From: Trichinella spiralis | Lineage: Eukaryota | Assembly (NCBI RefSeq): GCF_000181795.1 | Contig: NW_003526947.1 | Location: 1,038,029 to 1,102,028, forward strand | DNA length: 64,000 bases | Direction of reading: 5' to 3' | Part shown: positions 27,090-39,977 of the stretch, piece by piece | Layout: the number at the start of each line of letters is the position of its first letter | Position numbering within the stretch: position 1 is the stretch's first letter | Position numbers and translations under genes: made by a program | The notes under the pieces: generated by a model | The model's database searches: none | What the model was told of the DNA's origin: nothing | Seen by the model: the letters and a program-made list of their open reading frames with translations, nothing else

Positions 27090-28173
27090 ATGAACGCAGC
27101 TAACGTACTTGCCTATGCACAAGTTGAAAGAGGAGTTCGACGTCCCAAATGCGCTAGATGTAGAAATCACGGTATGGTATCATGGCTGAAAGGTCATAAA
27201 CGCCATTGCAAGTACAAGTAAGCTACAGGGAAAATAATATTTACTGTTTTAGTATTCAAAAAACACTTTGTCATTGTATAGAGATTGTATTTGCATAAGA
27301 TGCAGTTTGATAGCTGAAAGGCAACGCGTGATGGCAGCTCAGGTGAGCTTGAAGCGACAACAGGCTGCAGAGGATGCAATTGCGCTTGGATTAAGAACAG
27401 TAGCTGGAGAAACTCAAGGTTTGACATTCTTACCACCTGGACCGGTGTGGGGAAAATTTTCTTCCCAGGAAACTGCAGAACCAAGTACAGAAGATGATTC
27501 AGTGAAGATTAATGCCGACAAGTCATCTAAAGATATTTCGTCACCATCAACTCCCCATCAAGCAATGACAGAATTTCGAGCAAGTAGGCAAAATCATACC
27601 GAAATTCTCACACGACTTTTCCCCGATCAACATAGAGAAACAATTGATATTGCGTTGGTAAATTTCAATGGAGATATTGTTAAAGTAATCGAACATTTTT
27701 TGGCTGAAAAATCAAAATTATGGCCAAATTCGAATCAAGTTGTGCAACTCGATCCGAAGATAATCAAAGAAGATGAATCATGCAGATCATTGGCACCTTC
27801 GTTTTCCGCATTTGCTCCTATGGCAGCGGGCCGTAACGTTGGGTGTCATATTTTGCCTGCTCCGTGGAATCCAACTGCAAATTATTTGAGTGGAATTTTA
27901 GAATCGAATCTATTGTACCGTTCAGCGTTATGTCCAATGAAACCGACTCCACCATTTATGCACATTCCCAGTACTGCAACCCCAAATGCTCCTACATCGT
28001 TCACTGTGCCAATGATTCATCAGCAGACAATGCGTTCTCAACCTATGTATGTTAATTTTGACACTCAGCTGCTTCCAAACGGATTAATGAATGCAGCTGT
28101 ATTGCGTATGCCTGAAGTTACTGTCAAGTCTGATAACTCATCTGCATCCTCTACCGTTGCAGCTGAGCTTTAG
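27090..28173 (+). CDS. dmd-4: Doublesex/MAB-3 (DM) domain transcription factor with DMA (CUE-like) domain, DMD-4/Dmrt93B type; exons 27090-27217, 27282-28173
   Basis: [65 protein letters not shown]...LPPGPVW matches the DMD-4/Dmrt93B subfamily signature. DMA domain: [33 protein letters not shown]. Confidence 0.92.
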
Positions 28174-28213
28174 TTCGTGCAAAAGTAAAATCATCGTTCT
28201 TTCTTTCTCTCGC

Positions 28214-28217
28214 TATG

Positions 28218-28272
<55 letters not shown>

Positions 28273-28275
28273 ATA
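28214..28275. repeat. Compound (TA)n(TG)n microsatellite in the dmd-4 3' region
   Basis: Read directly from the sequence. Confidence 0.9.
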
Positions 28276-31200
28276 TACACATATAAATGCCGCGGTTACT
28301 CTAGACTCAAGATGAACTATTTATTTTTATTTTTAATTCACTTCAATACCCTGTAAGAATAACTTTATTAGCTATCTTTTTCAATGCTCACTAAATCTGG
28401 ATTTACATAATGATATACATATATATATTTCCGTTTTCTACATGCATGAAATGAATGAAATATTTCCAATCTTAACAGTGATAATTGCATATTTGAAATA
28501 TGCAAATTGTACGGATTTCATTCAAACAAATGTTAACTGTTAGTGGCTGAAGAGTAAAGAAAGCCTAACCTTATAATTAAAGACCCATCGATGTGAAAAC
28601 ACACTCTGAGTACTGTGGTACCACAAGTTTTACAGGATTACTATTCACGAACTTGGCATGGTGTTAAAACATATTAGATCATTTAAACAATGTACAAATA
28701 CTGGTAAATCCTACTGAGTAAACTTGAAAGTAATAACAGGCCAATATTTGGCCCCACTTCCGGGCATTCGAAACAGCATGCATTTAGGATAACTATTTAG
28801 CAGTGCGGAGCAAGCAGTACAAAAAGTAGGTCAACTTGTATTACAAATGACACTTGAAAAGCACTACATTTAACAAAACAAATTATACTTACAATTGAAA
28901 TGTAGGATTACAAAATAAGCTGAGATGAAGAGATTAATCAACTGATCACCAATGCTTTCAGCTGTCTATTAACACCATTTTGAAGACACTTCTGAGGAAA
29001 AACAATATTTTCAAGTTGCTTGTGAACATCATCAATCAAACTGTGAGGTCAGGTTAAAGGGCTAAAACTGACTAAATAGGGTATTTTTTTACTATCAGCA
29101 GTAAGTATCATGTGCTCAAAGTTATTACTTTTAATTTGACAAATTAGTGATTTATATTTTTTTATTTAAACAAAATAAATTTCATTATGCATGGGAAAAT
29201 TGTGAAACTTTGAAAAGTAAATATGGAAAATTGAACGAGAGACGGTTTGCTTGTATAGAATAATAAACGTTGTTACCTTTATTCTTCACAGAAACAGAAA
29301 ATTGAAAAGTGCGTATTTGCTATACAAAAAGGCGATCAACAAGTGCAAGGCAAACAAAGTATTATGCAACATTATGTTTCCATTGATATGCTCAACTAGT
29401 GTATGCAAATTATTTGCTTTTATCATTCCAAATAGATATGAAAATTCTGAAATAATTCCATTTGCGACCTTATGAAAACAGAATTTTGTTTAATTTGATA
29501 AAATCCGTCCAAATAATATGATAATAACTAACGGTGATAACAACCTTCTGAATATATTTACTTTGGTCATTTCGATATGAATAAATATATATATTATCAA
29601 GTTGAGGGGAATATTATTGAAATTTCAATTGAATCTGCTTGTATTGGCTTTTTTTATATATATTCAATTTTGTATTATTATTTTGTTTATTCTGTACAAA
29701 AAAACGCAAAGAATACAAAAAGTAAAGAAATCTTTAAAGAAAAAAAATTTTTTTCATTTGAAATAAATGTAACGAATTTTGTAATGAGAGTAAAAATTGT
29801 TTTATGCAAATGAAAGGGAAATTTACACAATATCAAAACAGCAGCAGATTTTGATGAATTGCAGTTAGCCCTGTGGAAAAAAAATTATATGCCACCAGAC
29901 ATCCGTGTATATAATTGTTGCCTTGATGATGAACATCAACGTGTCAGTCCATTAGAATATTGACAGGCAGGTCTGCGAAGCAGATGCTGGATTCTTGCAC
30001 TTGCTTCTTCTTCAATGTGCAAATTGTCATTATCGTCGTCACTTGTTGCTCCGAGATGACGTACTAATGAGAGAGTTGTGTGCTGTTCATTTCTTTCTAA
30101 TGGCTCTTCTCCAGTCTGGAATATTTTCCAACTTGATTTCCAAAATGCTGAACATGCCGGCATAAATGTGTCCCGCAGCACTTTTTCCCTTGTGCTCAGC
30201 AAAAACGGGCGCAATTTTAATGCAAACACGCAGGCATATACAGCGTCGAAGTGAAGCTTCAATTAACCGAAACTATTCAACACTGAACGTTAACACTGAT
30301 GAGATTTTGACAACAGCTGTTTATTCATTTAACAATAGAACAACTACTTCCCTCCGCCCTCCACTTTTCCCTTTGTCTCTAATTGCAACGCACAATCTCA
30401 TTGTTGTTTAATCTTATTTTTATAAAATAAAAATATTAATTAGGGGAAAAAAATTAATTTCTCTTTTTTCTCATATTCATTTTAAATATCAACTTGAAAA
30501 AAAAACAAATGAAAAACCCTGAAAACATACAATAAAAGGTTCAATTGAAATAGAAAGAAATATATTGAAAAATAATAAAAACCAAATTAAAATATTTCAA
30601 TGTTGAACGAATCATTTTAAATGACCATCATTATCGTACAATTAATTATTTATAATCTATTGATAATATAATAATTGTATAATTGAATGAAACAAAATTT
30701 TGTAAATTTTTAAACAAATTATATATATATAATAACTTTTAAAGAATTAAATTGTTTTGCATTGTTAGAGCATGAAGAGGAGTTGAAAATTTTTGAAGCT
30801 TTCACAATGGATATAAATTGTGGGTTTCATAATAAACAAAAGCGCGCAGTTTAAACAAATGTCCAATTCAGTCGTTTATAATTGTTTGATTTGCTCTCGA
30901 TGATCATGTTCACCATACAGAGTGGGTACCCTCTGTTCGACAGGGATACTGTTCGTCAAATATTCAAGCTACTGGTAACAGGTGTAAGTGTTAGTAAGTG
31001 TCCACTGGCGATCGGTACGTAACGGCTAAAACGCTCTAATAATGCTTGCAATTAGTGAATATGAACAATAATATTATTATAAACTACGGACAATTGGTTT
31101 CAGAAATGCTAACAAAAAATGTCAACAGAAACGGCAATTGTTTGTACGAGCAGTAATTTCCAACAACCATGTTACCATGATTGGTGAGAAATAATTTATA

Positions 31201-31664
31201 AACAAATAATTTTGTTTATTTTAAAGCTTTGCAGCAACGGCTGTAAATAGAGCCGGTTACTTGAAAAGATAAACTTCGAAAAGCCTACTTGAAATGGAAA
31301 ACAAGCGATCAAGAAGGTGTGTATCATCGCGTATGATGTATGCTTTGCCGATTTTCGTGATAATTAAATCATTGAAAGATTGTCAATTCAACTGAACTGA
31401 CTGATTGTGATTATTTATTCTGTAAATTATTCTCATTCAACTTACCATTGTTTTCTTCACTCTTTCTTTCTGTCCACTGTCCTGTCTGCTGACCGTTTGT
31501 GGAATATTTGAATAAAAATAACAACAATAACAATGAACCACTTCATTCAGTATACTGTTCATATTTATCGAAATAAAATCTCCAATTAGCACATACTGCT
31601 TTATCAACTATTTTCTCCAATTACAAACAAACAAAACTGTACGACGTAAGTATTATTGGGAAAA

Positions 31665-32933
31665 TTATTTCTGCAATTTTCCATATTCAGAACGTTGATT
31701 TCTTTTCACCGTCGAAGTACAAGCTGCTTTACGATCGTTGTACACCGCAGGCAGCTAAAATGGTAAAATATTAATTTATGCTTGATTCCAATTAGCAGTT
31801 GAAAAAATTGTTCCTACCTTGGCAGCAGTTTCAATTCCAAGTTCGTCCAACACTTGATCTAAGATTAACGCCTCCTGCGATTCGTCATCCGATTCGGCAA
31901 GTACATTATCCAACGTGTCACTAACTGAAATACAATTTAACTTATACAATGAAAAAAAACATATACATTTTTAAATCTATCTATTCATCTATATATATAC
32001 ATTCCACAGCAAATAGAACTAGAAAAAATAAATAGAAACGTCTTAATTTTGTACACAAATGAGAACTCATTTGAAGATTTTATGCAAAACAATGGAAAAA
32101 TTACTCATAATTTATTGTTGAAAATAAAAGTAAAATGTAATTTTTACTCATTTCTTCAGTCATTTCCATTTTTGCTGAAGTTGCATCAAATTTCTGCACT
32201 GATTTAGCCAATTTCAAAGGACGCAATCTGTCGTTAACTTTATGCATAGTCTTAAAGCAAAAAAAAATGAACCAATAACATTAAAAATCAAAATTGCAAA
32301 TTCTCTAATAAATAAAAAAAACCAAAAAACATAAACAATACCTTAGCCGCAGTTTTCATGCTGCTGGCCACATTTGCGTTGGAGACGATCAACTGATCGA
32401 AAAAGAAAATTTTTCAAAAAGAAAGAAATTACCACTGCACAAATGGCTAAATAAATTTAATTACTCTTGTATCGGAATTCATGCCTGACAATTTGGCACT
32501 CAGCTGACAAGATCGTGCATTTTGTTCTCTCAGTTTGACCAACTGCTTGCACAGCACCTGTAGTAGAGCTTGATCTTTGCATGCCGCCGCTTGTTTGATT
32601 TGTTCTTGCTAAAAAAACAAATTTAAATAAATAAATAATAGAACAATTTCCCTTCACCAAATTAAAAAAGAAAGCAAGTAGCACGTACCAGCAAATGCTC
32701 TTCGCGTGCAAGATGTCGACGATCACGTTTCAAATCGCATTCAGCGTGTCGCAGTACGCGTCGACTGTCTCGAAGAATTTCTACAACAAATAAAAATTAA
32801 TCGAAAAGTGAAAAAATCTATAATTGAAAGAAAAATAAACTTTACAAACTAATAACAGCTTCAATCAACTGACCATCATCATCATTCTAGTATACGGTCA
32901 AAGAAACTGAATGCTTGGAAAATGTACTTTCAT
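31665..32933 (-). CDS. ESCRT-III subunit, CHMP2B/Vps2-like (Snf7 family), divergent; first exon(s) and last exon uncertain
   Basis: Short GT-AG exons splice to EILRDSRRVLRHAECDLKRDRRHLAREEHLL|QEQIKQAA...VLCKQLVKLREQ...|LIVSNANVASSMKTAAK|TMHKVN...KMEMTEEM|ISDTLDNVLAESDDESQEALILDQVLDELGIETAAK (31924-31818)|LPAVY...LQK* (31754-31665). This is collinear with CHMP2B motifs KQLVHLRKQ, KMEMTEEMINDTLD and QVLDEIGIE. Confidence 0.85.
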
Positions 32934-34499
32934 TTAATTTCAACGTTACACTTCCAAGAAAAGAAATACACTTTAAATCCACAAAAACAGTCAATGAAAA
33001 AACAAAAGCACAAACATTCACCACAACAACGTCACTATTAATGTGTATTCGATGCATTATTGATTGGTTGGACAAAAGCTAAATGAAACTTCACTGTAAG
33101 TAAAAAAAAACTAACAAATTAACGAGCGAAATTTAAGCCGTAAAATTTTTATATCTTTGACCCTAATGCAAAAATTCAGCGTCAACGCTGCCATATTGCC
33201 TCGTTAATACAAAAATATGCGAACATTTTATTAAGAGAAACGATGAAAGCAACCATTTTATGACAAAGACGACAGCTTTGTGATAATTTGTTTGGAAAGA
33301 AAGATTTGCTTCTCTGTTCACAAATGTTGAAGACAGACAAAAAATAGGAAGACAATAGATGAAAAATTAATGGCAATTTAAAATTAACAATATAATAACC
33401 GAATGACTATAACTCTGAATAATTACAAAAATAAAACATGAAAAAATAAACATCAATAATAGACGCTAACCTGTATCAGTTTTTCGAAAAAACGGCATTG
33501 TTACGACAACCAGTACATGCAAATAACTGCTGAAATTGTATTTTCTAAAATAAACTCAATTGTCGTCGTCACTAACAGTGGTCAAATTATTATATCAAAA
33601 AGAATAATACCGGTTGGCACAGATAAATGTAACAATAAAAATAAATTCATTGGTAAAATAAAAAAATCAAGGTCAAATACCGTACGTCAATTGACAATAA
33701 TCGATTGCTTGAATGACAAATTACGGACTTCGTGTTTTTCACGCGCTAACGGAAAATAATATTGAAAAGCATTTTATTTCACATATGAAATGTTTTTTGT
33801 ATTAACAAAACTTAAATAAATAAATAACTGATTTTAAATCAATTGTTTTGAATTTTGTTTCATTCCACCGTATTTTTGTACGCTAGCTTACGCTTTCGCA
33901 ATGCTTGAAATTGCTTGAAAATTGATATTTGTTTTGTTTTAGTAAGAATACGTGTACAAAGGATATTTTATAAGAAGACAGTACCGTATTCCAAAAAAAT
34001 GTATGCATATCACATATGTTAACGTCAGAACACCATGTTTCTGTAATTGATTAAAACCTGACTTTCAGTAAGTACAGTATCAGGTGGTGAATTGTTTGTT
34101 GTTTTACAGCGTTGTTGATGGGCTAGTATGATTCAGCCTGCATAGTTTACATTTTTATTGGGGAAGAGCGTAAAGTCGTGTAAAATGAGGAAGACGTGCA
34201 GCAATGGAAACTCTAGCGAACGCGGACTGATGTAACAAATGTATTCGTGCAGACGAGGAAGTGGAAGAAGAATAACGATACCGTAAGCGGATATATACTT
34301 GAAGATCGAAGGAGGAGTACGGTAGTGCGTTGGTAGGATCGAGTGTGTGTGGTTCTTGGTGTTGGAATGTTGCTGTGACGAATCGGTGACAGTCCTTGAT
34401 CGGAGTTGGTAATAAGCACTGTGCTATTTACCTGTCTTTTGATTGCGAAAGTGTTACCGGGAATGTGCGAACTCGGATGAAAAAGGAGCCGAGCTGGCG

Positions 34500-36310
34500 G
34501 AAGCCAAGCGGAGGATATGACCGCGCAGAGAAACCCGCCGGTCGACACACGCTCGTCGCCTAGCGACGACTCTGCTAATGGCCCAGTTGGGATGAGGAAC
34601 GAGTGCGCCCGAAAGAGCGGCTCGTTACACTACCACCAACCATTACTCCATGATGATGAAATCACCACACCAACGAAGCTCCCTGTTTCGAAGAAGAAGA
34701 AGCAGATTAACGTTGAGTCAATGCAAAAACCTAGAGAAAACACACCTGTTTCAGAAAGCGCAAGCATGGTTAGTCTGGAACGACGAAATAGGTACTTTGG
34801 TCTTATGCATACTCGATCATGAATCTCAAAGATCCTTCATACGGAAGGAGGTTGCCGATGAGTTTGGGATATTCAGACTGACAGAACATGTTATTGTGGC
34901 TACGTTCGGCAATATGAGACAACATAAGAAGCTCCAACGAGTGCAGTTACGAATACAGAAAAAAGCGATTTAGTCTTAATAGGTAAAATTTTTGAGTTGC
35001 ATTCCTATTGGTTGGAAAAATGTCGAGTTTTCATTGGATAGCTTCTGATTGCATAGTTATGGCGTAATGGCATTGGTTGTGATGAAAAATTTAGGCGAGT
35101 ATATAAAGATTTAATCTTATTAAGACTATCCCGGAAAAAGCATTCAGATGATCGAAGCTATTGCTGTCACATCAATCTGCTCCGGAGTGGAAGCATGTCC
35201 ATAAAGAGAAGAATGCACACACTTCCATAAACTGGAATTATCAGAAAAAATTCCTAGAACGTCTGCTAAGATCGGTATCCTCATTGGAATAAATTATTCT
35301 TATGGTTTTGTACTGGGAGGAGTCATGAAGAAAGAAGAATCAACCGTTGCAAGTGAATTCCACTGTAGATTGGATCATGTGCGAAAGCAAATCCCTGACC
35401 CAGAGTCCGCCAAAAGTACGTAAAGGCAGAAGACTCCTATGAATAAAGCTCAATGAAGAAATTTTGAGAATTGGAATCAGTTGACATACTGGACAGTGTC
35501 GAAGACAATGCAACTTCATCGAAATTGAAACAAACCTTCAAAGAAGCAGTGCAATTCGATGGTAAGCGGTATACCGTGGATCCGCTTCGAAGAAAATAAA
35601 CCAGGGTCATAAGAATATGCACTAAGAGACCTGAATCAGAATGCATTAGAATGAATGTGAATGAACTACAATCACCGGACGATAAATGGGTGCAGCTTGT
35701 TCATGCATGGCGGAGTTCCAAGCTGCTACAGAAGAAGAGCATCCTGTCAAAGAGCAGGAGGCCTCAGCCTTCAGATCAATGTATCATTATAGTCGACTGT
35801 AGCCCCCTGCGATGCACCTGGCATTCGTTCCAATGAGGCGTGTATTGAGTTTGACCAATGTTTGATTCGCTTTTGTCATTGGAAACAGCGACATGACGAG
35901 ACTGCCAAGACTTTAGGCATCGTTTTTGAGACATCGTAACAGACGTAGGTCTTCCATTCGGACAACTTCGAGCCACTGAAAGTCCACCCTCAGATCTACG
36001 TCATCTGTAACGAGTAGTTGATGTGGAAATCACAAGCGCTTAGTTTGCTTTATCGCGGAGTCTCTGCGGAAGGTACTGCTGGACGAAGAATAGCCAAGCA
36101 CTGTTGTTCTATGTGAAGGAGACTGTTGCTTCAACGACCGGCCGCTTACTCTCGTCGTCAGAGATGAGATTGGAGATTTTCACACGCTGAGACCGTATTA
36201 GCTGCTCATCGATCGAGAACACGTGGTGGGTCCAATTTTCACGTCGTGCGACGTTGTTTCTGTGTCAGCCAGATTCGTTGTTTATTGTATTATATCTAAT
36301 AAAGAAATTT
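34500..36310 (+). mobile_element. Degenerate BEL/Pao LTR-retrotransposon remnant (boundaries approximate)
   Basis: GC-richer block with broken pol fragments typical of BEL/Pao: aspartic-protease-like CILDHESQRSFIR (LDSGSQRSFI type), IEAIAVTSIC, ILIGINYSY, KF*ELES (FWELE with a stop) and FDGKRYTV. It contains stops and frameshifts. The 3' segment ends near AATAAA (36298). No matching LTR pair was seen. Confidence 0.75.
34973..35126. mobile_element. 154-bp MITE (Tc1/mariner-type TA target duplication) nested in the BEL remnant
   Basis: TA|GTCTTAATAGGTAAAATTTTT ... AAAGATTTAATCTTATTAAGAC|TA: terminal inverted repeats with TA at 34971-34972 and 35127-35128. Excising it restores the host frame: RIQKKAI-YPGKSIQMIEAIAVTSIC. 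Confidence 0.85.
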
Positions 36311-36317
36311 ATGTACT

Positions 36318-36318
36318 C

Positions 36319-36349
<31 letters not shown>
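36318..36349. repeat. (TTG)n microsatellite
   Basis: About 10 tandem TTG units. Confidence 0.9.
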
Positions 36350-37404
36350 ACGGCAATTCGGCTGATGATCAAATTGCTTCATTTTTAGTAATCCATACGA
36401 CAAACTTGAATATTAGAATTGAAGGGAATTCCACATTGTCAATATCAATCAGTACATATATAGAACAAACGTCTGTTATTTTTGTTCTGATTTTTCGCCT
36501 GGGCATGTGTGATTGATTAAATTTATTCATAATTTTTACAATTAGCGTACGTTTTCCAACAATTCAGTTGTGTTGTTATCGGTTGACATGCTCTAGGCGT
36601 GAGGGTGGAAACTTTTCATTTTATCAAATTTGTCAAAAACAAAAATACTTTGTTAAATATTATTTTTTCCCGTTTTTTTTTAAGTAAGATAGAATTGACT
36701 TTTTAATTTTAATGGAATAAATTCTGATACCAACATAACAAACAGATTCGAAAATAGTCGTGAAATTTGTGCACAGAACTTGAGAATCAATCAATACGTT
36801 CCTCACCGTACACCCTGTCGAAAGATGAAAGTGAAGTGAAAAGAGAAGATGACAGAAAAAATCGAAAACAATGAAAATAATAAATTCTTCTTATAAAGAC
36901 TAGAAATTATGAGTTGACTTGAGAAATATTATTGTCGATAAAAATGAGTTTGATTTTCTAATGAAACCGAAAAATGGCACATAACGCAAACAAATCATCA
37001 CCAAATAAACGAACAAGCCAGTCCACATCACGCACACAGAAAAGTCGACGATGCAGTGAGAAAGGAATAAGATGACCAAGAAAACGATCGAACAATGGCA
37101 CAACAAAAATGAACAAAATATAAAAAAAACCGCTGACTGAGCATTCCAGAACACCACAAAAATAAGAGAAAATATTTATACGCTGCGAAGCGTGGTTTCA
37201 TTTTTTTTCTTTTTAATACAATAATTTTGTATAATAAAATTATATTATCTGAATAAGTTAGTTGAAAAGTTTCAAGTGACAAGTGAACAACAAATGCAAG
37301 AAGAACAAGAAGAAGAAGAAGAAGAAAAAGAAGAGGACATTGAAGAGTTCAAGAAAAAGCAGAACGCGTGTGTATTTCGGTGTGTACAGTTGAAAGGAAA
37401 ATTT

Positions 37405-37587
37405 TCAACAATCCCCTTCTTCGGTATATCTGCTCGACTGTGCCGCTGCTTTGGAGCTTTGAATAGGATCTAAATCAGCGAACAAATCTAGCCAACGGGT
37501 TGGGTTTTTCTGAAATTATACACACAATTCAAAGATGAGACTTTATGCAAATAAAAATGAGCAACAGATAATTAAAGGGGAAAAGAT

Positions 37588-37618
<31 letters not shown>

Positions 37619-39946
37619 AACCTTTCCGACGCTTGCATCCGCGTCAGACGTTTTCTTCAATTCTGCTTGCTGTTTTCCATCGTTTCCACTAGCAGCGGCG
37701 GCTGAATTAGATTATAAGAAAACAAAAATATTAAACATTAAAGTTTCTATACTTAATGTAAAAGAGAGAACGATTAAAAATTTAAAAATGCTTACGATTT
37801 AAATTTTGAGTAAGATGAAGATCTAACAAGTCGGATGGCATATTGGAAAATTGGGATGAAGAAATCAAAGGATCATCATCTTTCGCTGCGGTTTGATCTT
37901 CTAGAATATCAAATGAAAAAGAAAATATAAAACACACACACACACACACAAACACCGACACTTTTGATAATTAGAATGAAATTAAAATCGATATAATACC
38001 ACCAGAGCCGAACGTTCGCAACCATTGATCTGCAAATGTGATGCTGTCGCCATCAAATTCTTCTAAACAGTGAATAATCAAAAGATACAATCGTAATTTT
38101 GAAAAAATTTTAATAATAATAATAATTGTTCACTTTTGCAAGAGTTGGGCAAGAGCAAGAACGTCTGCAGCAGATCCACAGTTGACGATGATTTGGTCGA
38201 ACTTTGATCACATTGGGTTTTCTTGTTCAAATTCAGTTTTTCGTCAAATATTTCCAATTCCAAATCTGATACCAACAAACAAACAAACAAACAAAGATGA
38301 AAAAAAACCGTCAATTTCAAGCAAAACATACGATGTGAACATCATACCCGGAGATTTGCTCGTCTCTGGACTGTCACGAAATAAATTTTCAATACTATCA
38401 GTACGAATCAACTGTTGTTGTTGTACAAGATTTTGCCGTGATTCTGTTAATTCAGTTTGAGCACTAAATAAACAAACAAACAAACAAACAAATAAATGAA
38501 TAGATATATAAATAATTTGCATGAAAATTACTCGTCTGATTCAACTACAGTCAAATGATTGTTATCGGTTGTTTGTTGACGCTGATCATTGTTGATCACT
38601 TCAGCAACTTTTTGGCATGGTTCCATCAGATCCTGAATGAAATTGAAAATGAAAAAAAAATTTTTTTCCAAACAATCAATATATATATATATATTTTTCA
38701 TATACGAACTTTTAAAATGGTAAATTCATAATGCTGATAGCCTTTCAACGAATCAGCAATTGTACAATGGGCGTTGCATGTTTTGTCCCAGAAGCGTAAA
38801 AAACTATTTCGATAATTTACCAAAAGCTGAAAAAAGCAATAAATTAATAAAATTGAATAAAATAAATTAAAGGAATATCCCCCGAGTGAATACTTTTGAA
38901 AATAGATTGCAACGACTGGCAACGAGAAGGTCGATTTTTTGCATGGAATTCAGCTTGCAAGCGTCCAAACGTTGCTTGTTCAGCTTCACTTGGGCTTGGA
39001 CTTTTCGAAATTGTTCCAATTGTTTGAAAGTATCCGGATCGAGCTGCTGAGAAACGTCGTTCATCCACATCAACGAACCCCGGTATCTTTGGCGAGTAGT
39101 TTCAGTTTCTTCGACGGTCCGATGGCAGTCGGCCACAGCCCTCTCTGTGAACACTTCCAAATCGGCGAACAATCTCGCCAACGGAATTCGCAATGCTAAT
39201 CTGAACGACGACATTAAATTATAATTAATTTATAATAATAAAATCATATAAATTGTCACAATAAATGGATAAATTTCAGTAATGAAATGTCACACCCACT
39301 TATACCGACCGATCTGCCCATACATAGCTACTGTTGAAAATTTTCACGTTGAAACAAATTGAAAAAAAAATAAAATCAAGCAAAAGAATAATAAAAGTTT
39401 ATCCTGTTCTTTTTCACGAAATATTTCAATTCTTTGCATTTTCAAAAAATTATCGATTTTACTGTTATTATTATTATTACGGTTGATTTTTGTGATTACT
39501 GTAGAATAATGCTCTTTCTACACTGTTGAATCAGAGCGAAAAAGCAACAATACCACCAATAAATACATTTGAACATTGTTTCATCGTCGTCCGACGATAA
39601 TAATAATAATAATAAGAGCGTAGAACCGGCATCAAGATGTTAACCTATTTTCAACTACTACGTCCGTCCGTTGGTAGTGAACGACAACAACAATAACAAT
39701 TATGAAAAAAAATATTTATCATTCAACTTTACAATTTCAATCAAAAAACATAATTTTCAATAATAATAATAACCGGAAAAAAAAGTAAACAATCAATTAT
39801 GATACGGCCGATTTGCGTTACCTTTGCTGTGCAGTGTAACTTTGTGCACGGCCAACGGAAGCCATCATTTTCCCAGCCTGCGTGTGATCCGCTTTACCTT
39901 CATGTTTCAAAAACCGTCCCAGAGCATTTTCTGTCTGAGCTAAATC

Positions 39947-39977
<31 letters not shown>

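Noticed and set aside
28485..28507. 10-bp palindrome TTGCATATTT-G-AAATATGCAA with octamer ATGCAAAT
   Set aside because: Short and AT-rich; expected by chance in this composition.
33958..33966. ATATCCTTT on the minus strand (U12-type AT-AC donor consensus)
   Set aside because: No exon, U12 branch point or AC acceptor could be tied to it.
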